This document shows positions 1-11,681 of a stretch of DNA of 33,150 bases, in pieces. A program made the position numbers and the translations under genes. Origin of the DNA: Macrostomum lignano (lineage: Eukaryota); NCBI GenBank assembly GCA_002269645.1, contig NIVC01004855.1, forward strand, positions 1 to 33,150, in the 5' to 3' direction. The notes under the pieces were generated by a model. The model did not search any database and was not told where the DNA came from. It saw only the letters and a list, made by a program, of their open reading frames with translations. Position 1 is the stretch's first letter, and each line of letters starts with the position of its first letter.

Positions 1-420
1 GGAGTTTAATGGGAGATTCTTAGGGAGTTTAAGGGGAGATTCTTAGGGAGTTTGGGAGATTCTTAGGGAGTTTAAGGGGAGATTCTTAGGGAGTTTTAAG
101 GGAGGATTCTTAGGGAGTTTAAGGGAGATTCTTAGGGAGTTTAAGGGGAGATTCTTAGGGAGTTTAAGGGAGATTCTTAGGGAGTTAATGGGAGATTCTT
201 AGGGAGTTTAAGGGGAGATTCTTAGGGAGTTTAAGGGGAGATTCTTAGGGAGTTTAATGGGAGATTCTTAGGGAGTTTAATGGGAGATTCTTAGGGAGTT
301 TAATGGGAGATTCTAGGGAGTTTAATGGGAGATTCTTAGGAGTTTAATGGGAGATTCTTATGGAGTTTAAGAGGAGGTTGTTAAAGAGGTTCAGGGGGAG
401 ATTCCTACAGAGTTTAAGGG
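1..420. repeat. Minisatellite, ~21-22 bp unit GGGAGATTCTTAGGGAGTTTAA(G/T), one TTAGGG in most units
   Basis: Roughly 17-19 near-identical tandem units that differ mainly by 1-nt indels. Confidence 0.95.
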
Positions 421-899
421 GCGAAACGAAAAAAGCCGACAGAAATTTAATCATTTATAAAAAACAACAGCTCACTTTTCGTCAGACCCGATGTCAACCA
501 GCGGCTGGCCCTGTTCGCTCAGATAGTGACCCGAACTATTTCGCATCGGCACTTTGAGCTTGTCTCTGGACAGCAGATTGTATCGCCGAATGCGGGGCCG
601 CTGGTCTAAAAAAACATGGGCAAAGTAAAGTTATCAATGTACTTTTGTAGAATATTTTACATTAGAAAGGACAACCGTAACCGCAAACAACTGGCAACGC
701 TAACCTGCTTTCTGCCGTCCGATCGGCTCGGTTGACTTCGTCGGAACAGGCGAAAAAAGCCGGAATCGCTGCCTCTGGACACGGCCACCTGGATGGCACG
801 AATAGTTGTTTGGCGTTAAAGAACTACGATATACTACTCACGCGTAAAAGTAGTCTGTCAAGCAAAAAACAGAAATCAAAACTGTGGCGATTTTGTAGA

Positions 900-2700
900 T
901 TTTAAATAACTACTTTATGGTTTATAAGGGGTGATTATTGAGCGATATCTTGGGATATTAATGTGCTATGCTTGAGGATTTTAAAGGGCGATTCTTTAAG
1001 ATTTTATAAAGACCGATTTTTTGGAGGCTTTTAGGAGTGATTCTTAGGAATTTGAACAAGGGGCGATTTTTTAGGTTTTCGAATGCTTTTCTTGGGATTC
1101 GAATGCTATGCTCAGGGACTTTAAAAGGCGATTCTTAGAGTTTCGAGGGTCCTATTTTTGGGATTTTAATGAACGATTCTTAGAGATTTCAATGCAGGCA
1201 AGGAACATAGCCGCTTTTCCTGGCAAATTTAATGGGCGATTTTTAGGGATTTTAGGGGGCGATTCTTAGGGCTATTAAAGAGCGATTCTTAGGGATTTGA
1301 AGGGCGATTCTTGGGCATTTTAAGGGGCAATTCTTGTGGATTTCAAGGAGCGATTCTTAAAGATTTGAAGGGCGATTCTTGGGGATTTTAAGGGGCGATT
1401 ATTATGGATTTTAAGGGGCGATTATTGTGGATTTTAAGGGGCGATTCTTGGGGATTTGAAGGGGCTATTGTTATAAATTTTAAGGGGCAATTATTGTGGA
1501 TTTTAAGGGGCGATTATTGTGGATTTTAAGGGGCGATTCTTGGTGATTTTAAGGGGCGATTCATGGGGATTTTAAGGAGCTATTCTTGGTGATTTTAAGT
1601 GGCGTTTCATGGGGATTTTAAGGGGCTATTCTTGGTGATTTTAAGCGGCGATTCTTGTGATTTTAAGGGGCGATTCTTGGTGATTTTAAGAGGCGATTCT
1701 TGGGGATTTTAAGGGGCTATTCTTGGTGATTTTAAGGGGCGATTTATGGGGATTTTAAGGGGCTATTCTTGGTGATTTTAAGGGGCGATTCTTGGTGATT
1801 TTAAGGGGATTCTTAAAGATTTGAAGGGCGATTCTTGGGGATTTTAAGGGGCGATTATTATGGATTTTAAGGGGCGATTATTGTGGATTTTAAGGGGCGA
1901 TTCTTGGGGATTTGAAGGGGCTATTGTTATAAATTTTAAGGGGCAATTATTGTGGATTTTAAGGGGCGATTATTGTGGATTTTAAGGGGCGATTCTTGGT
2001 GATTTTAAGGGGCGATTCATGGGGATTTTAAGGAGCTATTCTTGGTGATTTTAAGTGGCGTTTCATGGGGATTTTAAGGGGCTATTCTTGGTGATTTTAA
2101 GGGGCGATTCTTGGTGATTTTAAGGGGCGATTCTTGGTGATTTTAAGAGGCGATTCTTGGGGATTTTAAGGGGCTATTCTTGGTGATTTTAAGGGGCGAT
2201 TTATGGGGATTTTAAGGGGCTATTCTTGGTGATTTTAAGGGGCGATTCTTGGTGATTTTAAGGGGCGATTCTTGGGATTTTAAGGGGCTATTCTTGGTGA
2301 TTTTAAGGGGCGATTCATGGGGATTTTAAGAGGCGATTATTGTGGATTTTAAGGGGCTATTCTTGGTGATTTTAAGGGGCGATTCTTAGGGATTTTAAGG
2401 AGCGATTATTGTGAATTTTAAGGGGCTATTCTTGATGATTTTAGTAGCAATTCTAGTGGATTTTAAAGGTCGATTCTTGTGGATTTGAAGGGGCAATTAT
2501 TGTGGATTTTAAGAGGGGATTTTTGTGAATTTTAAGGAGCGATTCTTGTGAATTTTAAAGAGCGATTCTTCAGGAATTAAAGGGGCGATTCTTGTGGATT
2601 TTAAGGGGTGATTCTTGGGAATTTTAAGGGGCGATTCTTTAGGACTTGAAGGGCGATTTTTAGAGGTTTCTAATGGTAATTTTTGGGAACTTTAATGGGA
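900..2700. repeat. Diverged ~21-bp minisatellite (GGATTTTAAGGGGCGATTCTTG/T) with a ~456-bp higher-order duplication
   Basis: Degenerate tandem units related to the 1-420 array. The block starting GATTCTTAAAGATTTGAAGGGCG occurs at 1352 and again at 1808, followed by the same order of variant units. Confidence 0.9.
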
Positions 2701-2921
2701 GACTATAGATAGTCAAATGATGACAAAAAATAGCTGGAAAAAAACTCTAGAAAGGATATTTATGTTACTTAAAGTAGCATCAAAACCAACGAGCTTGCAA
2801 CAAAAATTAATAAAATTGCAGAAGCAACGTAACGAAACCTTAACCATCAGTCCATCACCAATAATTTTTTTAATTTAATACCTATTTCCATTTTCTTTTA
2901 TCTAAACACAGCAAGACTTAC

Positions 2922-3560
2922 ACGTGATGAAGTTGCATCGCCAGCAGCAATGCTTGTACTATTACTACACACAGTACTGTGATTATTATTACTAATCTGT
3001 TTTTGTTGGAATTTCTGAAATACAAAAGCAACAGCTGGTTCAATTTTAAATGCAAAAAAGTATGAAATTTCAGGCAAAATCTCTCAGAATTCAGGTGATA
3101 TTAAGCTATAAAGTACATATTAAGTAAATATTTAGATAGATTATTTAACTTCTGAGAAAACTCACCTTTGGCAAATCTAAATCGTGAATTCCACTGTTAT
3201 CTTCCTCATCATCATGCAATGCTGAATTGCCATTACCAGTGCGATGCTCTGTTGGATCTGCAGCTGACAGCATGGCACTGCCGCTGCCATCTCCACTTGC
3301 CATTTTTTGTGCTCTGAATTGCCTCTTTGCTGCAGTCTTATTGCAGACTATTATTTATAGATTAAAGTTTTTGCAAAAAACTGCTTTAAGCTTTGAATGA
3401 TTCACAGTTTATAGATAGTCAGTGCATCAGTCAGATAGCACATCAGTTCAAACTCTGCATAGAATAGAAATAGGGGAACTGGCAATGAAGGAAAGTGGCA
3501 TGGTAGAGCTAGTCAATAATGGGGGGTCTAAATGTACATTGACAGAGCTGACTGTACAGT
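2922..3560 (-). pseudogene. Decayed spliced gene remnant, product unknown
   Basis: An exon ends at 3166 (...KTAAKRQFRAQKMASGDGSG...DLDLPK|GTGAGT). A 151-nt intron follows, then TTTCAG|exon 3014-2922 (KFQQKQISNNNH...ATSSR|GTAAGT); both junctions are phase 0. Upstream, the same frame is interrupted by TAA/TGA codons. Confidence 0.4.
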
Positions 3561-4686
3561 GGAATTAGACTCTCTAAGAATTCATCAAATTATAATAAAT
3601 CTGTTTTAACTCTGGTTTTTCAGTATTTAATATTTTGGCCTATTAGTGATGCAACCAAAAATTGGTTTAGGGCAGACTCTAAAAGATAAAGACTCCAAAA
3701 AGGTAAAGACTCTAAAAAGGTAAAAGGGGAAGGTCTATATTGTGGCAAAAATGTGCTTGGTTACCCTTTGGTTTTTTTCAAGTCAAAGAACTGCCCCTGC
3801 CCCCCCCTACTGTTGCTTATGGTCTTGGACTAAAAACCTCATCTGGCCCTTGAGTAGAAAAAGGTTGCCAATCCCTGGCCTAAGCAGTTTAATAAAACTG
3901 TATTTTTTTACTATTTATATATTTATCCCCCAGTTTTGATTTTTATACTTGCCCCTAGTGAGGGTTTCTATCTCAAATTATAGTTACTTTAGTGTCACAT
4001 ACAAAATTTCATACCAACTAGTTAAATTGCTAAAATGTATTATCTTCAGTGTTGGGCACAAAACCCAAAAAGCATCAATGAAAACTGATATTCAAATATC
4101 CTTTCTAAAAAAGTATTGCTGATACCTAAAAGTCTAATACCCAAATTTTAGTAATTGTTGATATCCTAATGCTGATACTTTATTCTAATACCTAGATTTT
4201 GCAAAAAGCAATGTTTAGGACTACAAAATAAATGCTTATAATTTAGGCTTTTTAGACTTTCTTCTAAATTTTTAAGGCAAAAGGCGAGAAGTATTGTTTT
4301 AAATAAAGAAACCTTCAGTAAAATAAATAAAAAAGTTAACAAATAAAAAAAACAATAATTTGCCATTATAGTTGATTAATTAACTACTTACTAGCCACTG
4401 TAATCAGTCTTTTTTGTCTATTCTATTAGCACTATTATTGTTTTTATATAGTATGACAGCCTCTAAGTTTGCAATTGCTATACCTACACACTTAATCCCT
4501 CAGCCCTTGATTTGGAGATTAGGCCTAGGTATACTCAGTTAGCCAATTAGACCAACTGCTCTAAGTAGGCCTAGCCTAATCTTTAAACTTTGATTAGGCA
4601 ATACCTTGCCTTTTACTCTTAATACATATAAACTACAAGCAAATTGTATTACTTTCTCTTCCATTTACTTCCCTTGGTCTCACCTA

Positions 4687-4722
4687 ATATATATATATAT
4701 AAAATATATATATATATATATA
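4687..4722. repeat. (TA)n microsatellite
   Basis: Direct reading; one AAA interruption. Confidence 0.9.
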
Positions 4723-5198
4723 AATAGATATTGTAGTAGTGCTTCAATACTGTACGAATTTTGAGCAATAAAGGTATGTTTTCTTTGAAACTAAACTCGT
4801 GCGAAATACTAGATAAATATTTTGTTTTACTGTACCGAATATTTTGTTTTACTGCGTGAAATAAATTGGGAAGTTATTTTTTTGTTTTAATCATATGGGG
4901 GGGAAACCACTATATATAGGAGCAATTTTATAGCAAATAAACTAATTGTCTTGTACCCGTGAGCAAATAATTGTGAACAGAATAAGCAGTTCAATCTAAA
5001 CCATTTCAAAGTCTTTGAGCTAAATAGCGACTTATTCATTTGCAAAACCTGTGAAACGATTCTAAGAAATTTGCTAAGAGAAGGGAATTGGGACTAATTC
5101 TTGGAGATATACTAAGAGAGGCGCCGTGACCCTCTAGTCTCGGTGAATGCCCGATTAGGACTATTCACTAATACATATACCAGTACTAGACCGCTCAG

Positions 5199-5350
5199 GC
5201 CATAAGCTACCAGAACGCTACCAGAAAGCAAGCCATAAGCTACTAGAACGCTACCAGAAAGCAAGCCATAAGCTACCAGAACACTACCAGAAAGCAAGCC
5301 ATATGCTACCAGAACGCTACCAGAGACACTACTAAGAACGCTACCCAGAA
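5199..5350. repeat. 33-bp tandem repeat GCCATAAGCTACCAGAACGCTACCAGAAAGCAA (3 full copies plus a decayed one), built from 11-bp subunits
   Basis: Direct reading. It produces the spurious LSGSVLVAYGL repeat ORF. Confidence 0.9.
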
Positions 5351-7111
5351 TTATTTAAATGAAATTCTAAGAAATAGTTAGGGAGTAAAAACAAGTATAA
5401 TCAGAATAATTGTAGGAATAACCCCTATAACAACTTGGTGATAGTTAGTGAAGATAGTTGGAGGACAGAAGTAAGCCCTATGATAATATATTTTAAAAAG
5501 TCAATTTATTTATTTATTTCTGACTATTTGTACATTGCTTACTAAATTGCTTAGATTATTATTATACCACAATACCTGAAATACTAGAATTCAAAGTCCA
5601 ATACTAAAATACTAGACAAACATTATAGATCAAGATCATACATGCGCAACCTTAGGAATCACTTGGCTAAAATAAACTAAAATAATTTGCAATGGGAAAC
5701 TGAAAGATTGCCCTAATTTTTGTTGGAAGAAAATTAAATTTCTGAATATACATATTTTTAGACTTGAATAGACCTATGGCCTATACGCTATGGCTATATA
5801 TCTTCTAGATTATAAAGATAATATTTCCGTTATACCTTAAATTCTAAATCTAGAGGAGGACAGTACAGTCTAGATAGTCTACAGACAGTTTCTTAGGCCT
5901 AATGTTAGTTAAAAATATTGATATTATTTAAATTTAACATATTAATTAATTAAATATTTTTCCTGAAATATTAACCAGTGGAAGCAGCACTGGTTTAAAA
6001 ATAAATTATAATTCACTACGCCAGGATTATATTTTACATTAGGCCTATTAGATATTAGTTTTTTTCGTTTATATTTTTGGTAGAAACAAGCACTATAAAA
6101 TATAGGCGAATATTAAAATAAACCACGGTTCGATTTGGTGCTCAGCTCGATCTATCATCTATCGTTTGTATGTGATAATGTGACGATAACGATATGAAGT
6201 AAGAACTCTTTCAAATGTGATAAAAATAATTAATTAATATGTAGAATGAATAAACAAAGAAACTAGTAGACATTTATAAATGTTTCGTTCTAATTTTTAC
6301 ACTTGATAAAGGCAGTAGTACTTTAAATACAATTATTAAGTTAACTAAAATTACTTTGAACTAAAAAATATTGTGTTAAATTAATTAATTAACTAATAGC
6401 AATTCAAATAATTGTTATAATTAACGCAAAAAATCGTAAAAAGTTTAAGCTAGGTCCTTAAACATGGGTTTTGAATATTACATGTGAAATAAAAATATTG
6501 AAATAAAAATATAAGATACATGTAATTTATAAGACTATGACGTTACTTCTCTAGAAGAATACATGTAATTGTCGTAAAAATTCTATCGATCATTAGCTTG
6601 ATACAGTAAATACTTAAATTAATCCAATCGTATTGTAGTGTACTTTGAATGATTAATAATTGTGATTTCTCGCAGACATTATTACAAATCTAATTGATCA
6701 AATACATGTAAATATGTTGCAAAATTAGATGTAGTCCTTAGCTTGCATGTGATCAGGTGCATCAGCGCGTCGCTATGGATTTTATGGTTAGGGACAAAGT
6801 AAAGAATTCTAAATGACGATATTCCTATATATATTATTTTGGATATCGGTGTTGTTAACACTCAATTTTGTTGCCAAACAAACACTCATTTTGTTCGCTT
6901 TTTCATAGCTTTTACTCAGGCCAGGGGGACATATGCACAGTTGTCCCGATGTCGGCCCCTGTCCCCCGTGGTGACGCGGGCCCATGCGTGTGATTATGAA
7001 TTTAAGTACAATTTCGTAAAATGAAACAATGTACAAGCTGGAAATAATTGCATATGAATTTAGTCTGCACGCGCCAGCATGAACCTCGGAAAAAAGGAAA
7101 TTAAAGGGGTT

Positions 7112-7197
7112 ACAAACTCCGAAGGGCCGAGACCTTTCACGACTCTGTGAAAGGTCTCGGCCGTCGTGAAAGGTCTCGGCCTTTACTCGGAATTTGT
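7112..7197. repeat. Compact palindromic element with three copies of a 16-bp motif
   Basis: GGCCGAGACCTTTCAC (7125-7140), 6-nt loop, then GTGAAAGGTCTCGGCC (7147-7162) and a third copy (7166-7181). The outer arms ACAAACTCCGA / TCGGAATTTGT are also complementary apart from one mismatch. Confidence 0.75.
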
Positions 7198-7229
7198 TAG
7201 GGTTTTTAAAAATTATTATGGCATTTGAT

Positions 7230-8640
7230 TCAGTGCTATGTGCAGCACTTCCTTTTCTCTACGAACCTGTCGAGTCCCCAGCAGCTAGTTGGTGCCATCA
7301 TATCGCTGTATGGTGATACGCTGTGGTGACGGCAGACGGGTCTGAAGCTTCTTTTAGGAGTGCTACACAGAGCGACACATCCTAGCGCCGTTCCTCTTCA
7401 TGCTGCTCCTGGCATGGATTATGCAGCTCTTGGAACGCACCCCCCTCAGCAGGCGATGGCTTCCTGCTGTGCAGACACATTGGTCGTCGCCACAACGAGA
7501 AGCGCCTGAGCGTTTCTGGGCTACGCCGACGACCTCACACTCCTGTCCTCAACTGTTGATGGTGCACAGCGCTAGATTAAGGTTGGTCGAGGTGGCATCA
7601 AAGCGTCTGCCTATTTGTCGACGCTGAAGACTAAGGCACTGGCATGACCATCTCAGCGAGCCGATATCCCAGCGGAGCTGACATGCCGCGGCGCAGACAG
7701 GCAGACGACCAACCTCGCGCATGCTGTCAGCGGTTCACCTCGGCGGTTTGGTGCCCAACGTTGAGGACGAAATTCGGCGACGCAGATCTAGATCGAGAGG
7801 ACTTGCTTGAACGTCGACGGCCTACCGGTCGATTCGCGTCATCCTTCAGTCCAAAGCGCTGCCCGATCATCAGAGGGTTCGGCTGTTGAGACTGTCTTGC
7901 TTGACAACGCTGAAACGTGCGTGTTTAAGGGACGCTAGAATTCGCGCGACTGGATTTTGCGCTAATTGTTTTCTGCACGCCAGGATTTTGCGCGAATCGG
8001 ATGATTTTAGGCGACTTGAAATTGAATCGACTGCATCATTTCTCGCGACTTACATGCATTTCAAGCGGCTAGATTTCGCACGACTGCAGTATTTCGTCCG
8101 ACTGGATTTTGCGCGACTGAATTTCGCGCAACTGGATTTCGATCGACCGGATTTAAATCCAGTCGCGTGAAATCCAGTCGCTAGAAAGAATTCGCGCGCT
8201 TCAATGCCAGATCGCGCGAAATCCAGTCGTGCGAATTCTAGCGTCCCGATGTTAACGGCCACGCGCTGGAGCAACAGCTAGACAATTGGAGCACTCGGCC
8301 CGTGGGGCTGCTCCATGCGTTCAGGCTGACAAAAGCGTCCCGTCCAAGGACCTGTGCGAGAGGAACGCACAGCTGCAAGACAAAAAAAACATATGTACCA
8401 TCCCGCGCCGAGACGGCGACTCCAACTGACAGGCGCTACGTGCAGATCCGGGCTAGCTATTGCCCAAGCCTGTCCAGGACATCCAGCCGCTCACTTTGCG
8501 GGAACCGTTCGTCAGCGGGCTCAAGCGATCGAGGACACGGAGATACGTGGACTAAATCCTGAGCAACGTTGGGGCGCCCGACACCGTCGATCAATGGGCC
8601 GGGCAATGGATTCTTCGCCTGCTAGAGCTTCCACATGCCA
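7230..8640 (+). mobile_element. Degenerate non-LTR retrotransposon (RTE-like) reverse transcriptase and downstream region, heavily frameshifted
   Basis: Motifs pieced together across frames: PQQLVGAIISLYGD, LAPFLFMLLL (the GVLQGDTLAPFLF region), LGYADDLTLLSSTVDGAQ, ETVLLDNAET, RRLQLTG and RTRRYVD. These match RTE-type ORF2 motifs. Confidence 0.8.
7929..8247. mobile_element. 319-bp MITE inserted in the LINE
   Basis: ~34-bp TIR GGGACGCTAGAATTCGC(G/A)CGACTGGATTT(T/C)GCGC, with many internal CGACTGGATTT-like motifs in both orientations. No clean TSD; the LINE appears to have lost a few codons at the site. Confidence 0.85.
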
Positions 8641-9036
8641 TCTGACGCTCCCTCCCCTGACTACTGGGGGACTGCATATTTTTTTGTTGCTGTTGTTCTA
8701 TATAATTACCTACGAGTATAAGCTGGTTATTTTACAAATTCAACGCTACAAACCTTTGTAGCTACGAAATCGTACAGTTTCTGACGTTTCAACATCACGC
8801 TATGCAAGATTGGAGACGTGCACTGAAGCAACAGTAAGGTCTGTGAAGCTGATTTTTTACATAAAGACAGATTTCAGAAGGTAAATTTTAGTTTCAAGTC
8901 AAAAATCGTTTTACATTCAATTGTTTTTTGCCAAATCGATATTTTTGTTTTTTTTTTCTTATCGGGAACAACAACAACAACAACAACAAAATTCGCGACC
9001 CCGCATGCACAGTCACAGCTAGAGCAGGGCGCGACA

Positions 9037-9419
9037 GACTGGCCGGTCGGATAGGACAGGTAATGGATCAGGCGGACCCGCCCGTTGGACTTGGGAAGGG
9101 CACCGATGGGGTTGATTTTGATCGGGCCGCTCCATTGGATGTACCTCCCAAGGCGCAGCTCCTCCTCGACCTGGGCTTCCACAGCAGAGCGGTGCAGCAG
9201 GGCGGAGGCGTGGTTCTTGGACGAAGTCAAAGGTGGCTGGCCAGCATTGGTGAGAGCGAAACCGTTGACGACGCCTTGCATCAGAAAGTCGCGGTCTGAG
9301 TCGTCGCTGAGCAGAGCACCCCAGGCGTCAGGTTGCAGGTCAGACGAGATGGGCAGCGAAGAAGTAAAAGCAGAAAAATCGGAATTAAAAGCAGAGCAGT
9401 CAGCTGGATAAAATGGCAT
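9037..9419 (-). pseudogene. Truncated DIRS-group reverse transcriptase (ORF2 N-terminus)
   Basis: The ATG at 9419 overlaps the Gag TGA. IHYLSYP replaces the usual IxDLSxP (catalytic-region Asp changed to Tyr), and the ORF ends before the YxDD motif. Confidence 0.75.
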
Positions 9420-10534
9420 CAGTTTTTTGCACTCGCACCGGTCACGTGACCCGGCAGCTGTCCGGTGAGTAATGACTGCGGCGACTGCGTGTGAGCGTGA
9501 GCCGGGTGCGCTGCCAGGCAGCCTTGGATTTTGCAGACGTAGCGGAACTTGCAGTTCTGGCGGTTGCATCCGGACTCGCAGTTGAAGCGCAGACAGATCG
9601 GCCTGGTTGCTGCCGGGATTTGCTGCTGGCTGGGCTGCTTAGCGAACGTGAACCGCAGGTTTCTGGGGGCGTTGAGGTGCTTGTGGTACAACTGAGGGGG
9701 CTCCTCACCCCACGCCATGCCCGACTCCGCAACCAGCCTCCGGTAGTCCTCGTCAAACTCCCAGATTACGGACTCCGGGTAGTCAGCAGCCAGCAGCTCT
9801 CCAATCTTGCGATTGTAGTCAAGGTAGCCAAGGACGTCAGTCAGGAGACCATCAGTGCTTCCAGCAGCCGCCGGGAGTTTTTCCTTGATCAGCTTTTGCA
9901 AGATGATCGAGTTGGCCGCGATCCACTGACCAGCAGAGATACTAGACAGCTTCGGCTCCTGCTTTCTGAATGTGAGCGAGCCATTCTCCATAGTGGCGAT
10001 CAACTGCTCCTGACTGGCTGAGCCGGGTCCTCTGGCTAGCTTGATGTGGTCTCTGACTGGATGCAACTTGCGAGTCGGAGCCTGGCAATTAGCGGCCTGA
10101 AGCTGAGCCGCCTCCCTCATCCCAGATTCAAAAACCTCGGGCAACTGCAGACTGGCATGTGCGTTATGCTCACCTGATGATGATGCTGGCTGGGGCTGAG
10201 CCGTCAAGCGCTGCTGAGTGTGAAGCTGTTGCTGAAGATCCCGACGACGGCCTTCCAGGACTTGCAGTTCGAGCAGCTCCACCTCCTGCCGCAGCGCAGC
10301 CAGCCGGTCGCTCCCCGCCCCCGGAGGCGCCTCGCCCGCGCTGCCGATGCCGTCTTCGGCGTCCGGAGCAGAAGTCATCTCGGAGTTGTTGAAGTCTTCG
10401 TCAGGTTGCTCTAAACCGAGTGCAGTAGACAAGCGCTTGGCAAGCTGTTGTTTGCGGCCCGTAGTAGGCAGGCCTCTGTTTCGCAGCTCAGCCTTGAGTT
10501 GGCGCACGTTTAGTCGCTTTGGGCTGGCACTCAT
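9419..10534 (-). CDS. DIRS/Ngaro-like Gag (ORF1), 371 aa: N-terminal SAP domain, coiled coil, C-terminal Cys/His zinc-finger region
   Basis: The likely start ATG at 10534 is in an ACCGCCATG context. LNVRQLKAELRNRGLPTTGRKQQLAKRL fits the SAP consensus. CLRFNCESGCNRQNCKFRYVCKIQGCLAAHPAHAH fits the Ngaro-type ORF1 finger, with Y where H is expected. Confidence 0.8.
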   Translation of the reverse strand: MSASPKRLNVRQLKAELRNRGLPTTGRKQQLAKRLSTALGLEQPDEDFNNSEMTSAPDAEDGIGSAGEAPPGAGSDRLAALRQEVELLELQVLEGRRRDLQQQLHTQQRLTAQPQPASSSGEHNAHASLQLPEVFESGMREAAQLQAANCQAPTRKLHPVRDHIKLARGPGSASQEQLIATMENGSLTFRKQEPKLSSISAGQWIAANSIILQKLIKEKLPAAAGSTDGLLTDVLGYLDYNRKIGELLAADYPESVIWEFDEDYRRLVAESGMAWGEEPPQLYHKHLNAPRNLRFTFAKQPSQQQIPAATRPICLRFNCESGCNRQNCKFRYVCKIQGCLAAHPAHAHTQSPQSLLTGQLPGHVTGASAKN

Positions 10535-11681
10535 GGCGGTGGCTGAGCAAAAAAATTGAGAAATGGCGGCGGAGCCAAGCCGGGCCGGGTGCAGAGGCTT
10601 TAAGCTGGCCGGCGCGGCCAACACCCCACACCTCAACCCCCCGCCAAAGTACAGCGATATGTACAGCGGCACCCTCCGGCGCGTCTAACACCCCTTACTC
10701 AGAGAGTAACGATTGCAATCATTATCGATGGGCATCCTGAAAGTATAAACTCTCAGAGTAGAAAAGTATTCAGCATTTAGTAATTTATAATTGGTCCCCT
10801 TTTCTGGCGAATTGGAGACAAAAGGGGGAGACAAAATACTACTCCCAGTAGTAAATACGCCTAGTTCGATAAAGTAAATATCTGGAGACAAGCTCATAGT
10901 TAAAAAATAAACTACACGAGGTAGATGTACGTAGATTATCCAGCTGACTCAAAAGAGATCACTTTGATTCTACTGGATATGGCGGCCTTTATAGAAACTT
11001 TGACGTTGAACTCCACATGCACACCCAACAAATGACACTGCCAGTATATTGTGATTGTGACGATATTAAAGTACTTTAATCCAATTTTTAAGTAGAATCT
11101 CCATACTTCGCATATAAATCCTGCTTCAGTGCTTTAATTGAAATTATACACTAAAAGGCTTGTATAATTCTATGAAGGAAGTCGCAGACCTACATACATG
11201 TATCTGTGCGGTGCAGGACTGTGAAAAATTTCCCGCTAAGAAATGGTTGGAGATATTCTCAGCTTTCAATATTCGCTCCGATCGATGTTCATTTGAAACG
11301 GATGGAAATTAATGGTTTTTAAAGGTAAAGAAGCAGCCGTAGAAGAACTCTTGTTGAAGTTTCGTATGAACAGACAGATATAGCTATATAGTAGTCAAAG
11401 TACATGTACTAACCTTTGTAGATTTTAGAGATTCCTTTTTGGCATATATCTTATAAGTACTCGCGTATAATTATTTCCAACCAATGAGATGGAATTCGTA
11501 CTATCAATAATAAGAAATTAGAATTTTAACACATTCATTGTAATACGTTAGGTTATCGGTTGAAGAACAAAAAAGTCAATTTTAATCACGAAAACATTTA
11601 GCCATCTTCCATATATTTTTTGTTCCACCAATAAATGAGAAACTCTATATTTAAAACAAAACTACCGCCATCGTCGCCGTG

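Larger units (their letters stand above)
9000..10700 (-). mobile_element. 5' fragment of a DIRS-group (Ngaro/PAT-like) tyrosine-recombinase retrotransposon, truncated inside RT
   Basis: A Gag-like ORF is followed by an RT N-terminus (PDAWGALL...FLMQGVVNGF...NPIGALPKSNGRVRLIHYLSYPTGQSV), typical of DIRS-group RTs. Homology stops at ~9037, near a (CAA)n/T-run. No YR ORF or terminal repeats are present. Element limits are approximate. Confidence 0.8.

Noticed and set aside
1-420. True telomere
   Set aside because: TTAGGG is embedded in a 21-22 bp unit, is not tandem, and has the wrong polarity for a left end.
6766-6990. Possible hAT-like MITE (CATCAGCGCGTCGC...GGGGGACA...TGTCCCCC...GACGCGGGCCCATG)
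   Set aside because: The termini match only loosely and no TSD was found.
7125-7181. CRISPR-like repeats (also considered for the other arrays)
   Set aside because: No unique ~30-bp spacers, no cas genes, and a eukaryotic context.
8050-8274. RLDFA-repeat ORFs at 7886-8274
   Set aside because: Translations of the MITE's internal motif array.
8940-9000. A-rich tract plus (GTT)n after the truncated DIRS RT, as a retroposed poly(A) tail
   Set aside because: The tract is interrupted, there is no polyadenylation signal or TSD, and a simple microsatellite explains it.
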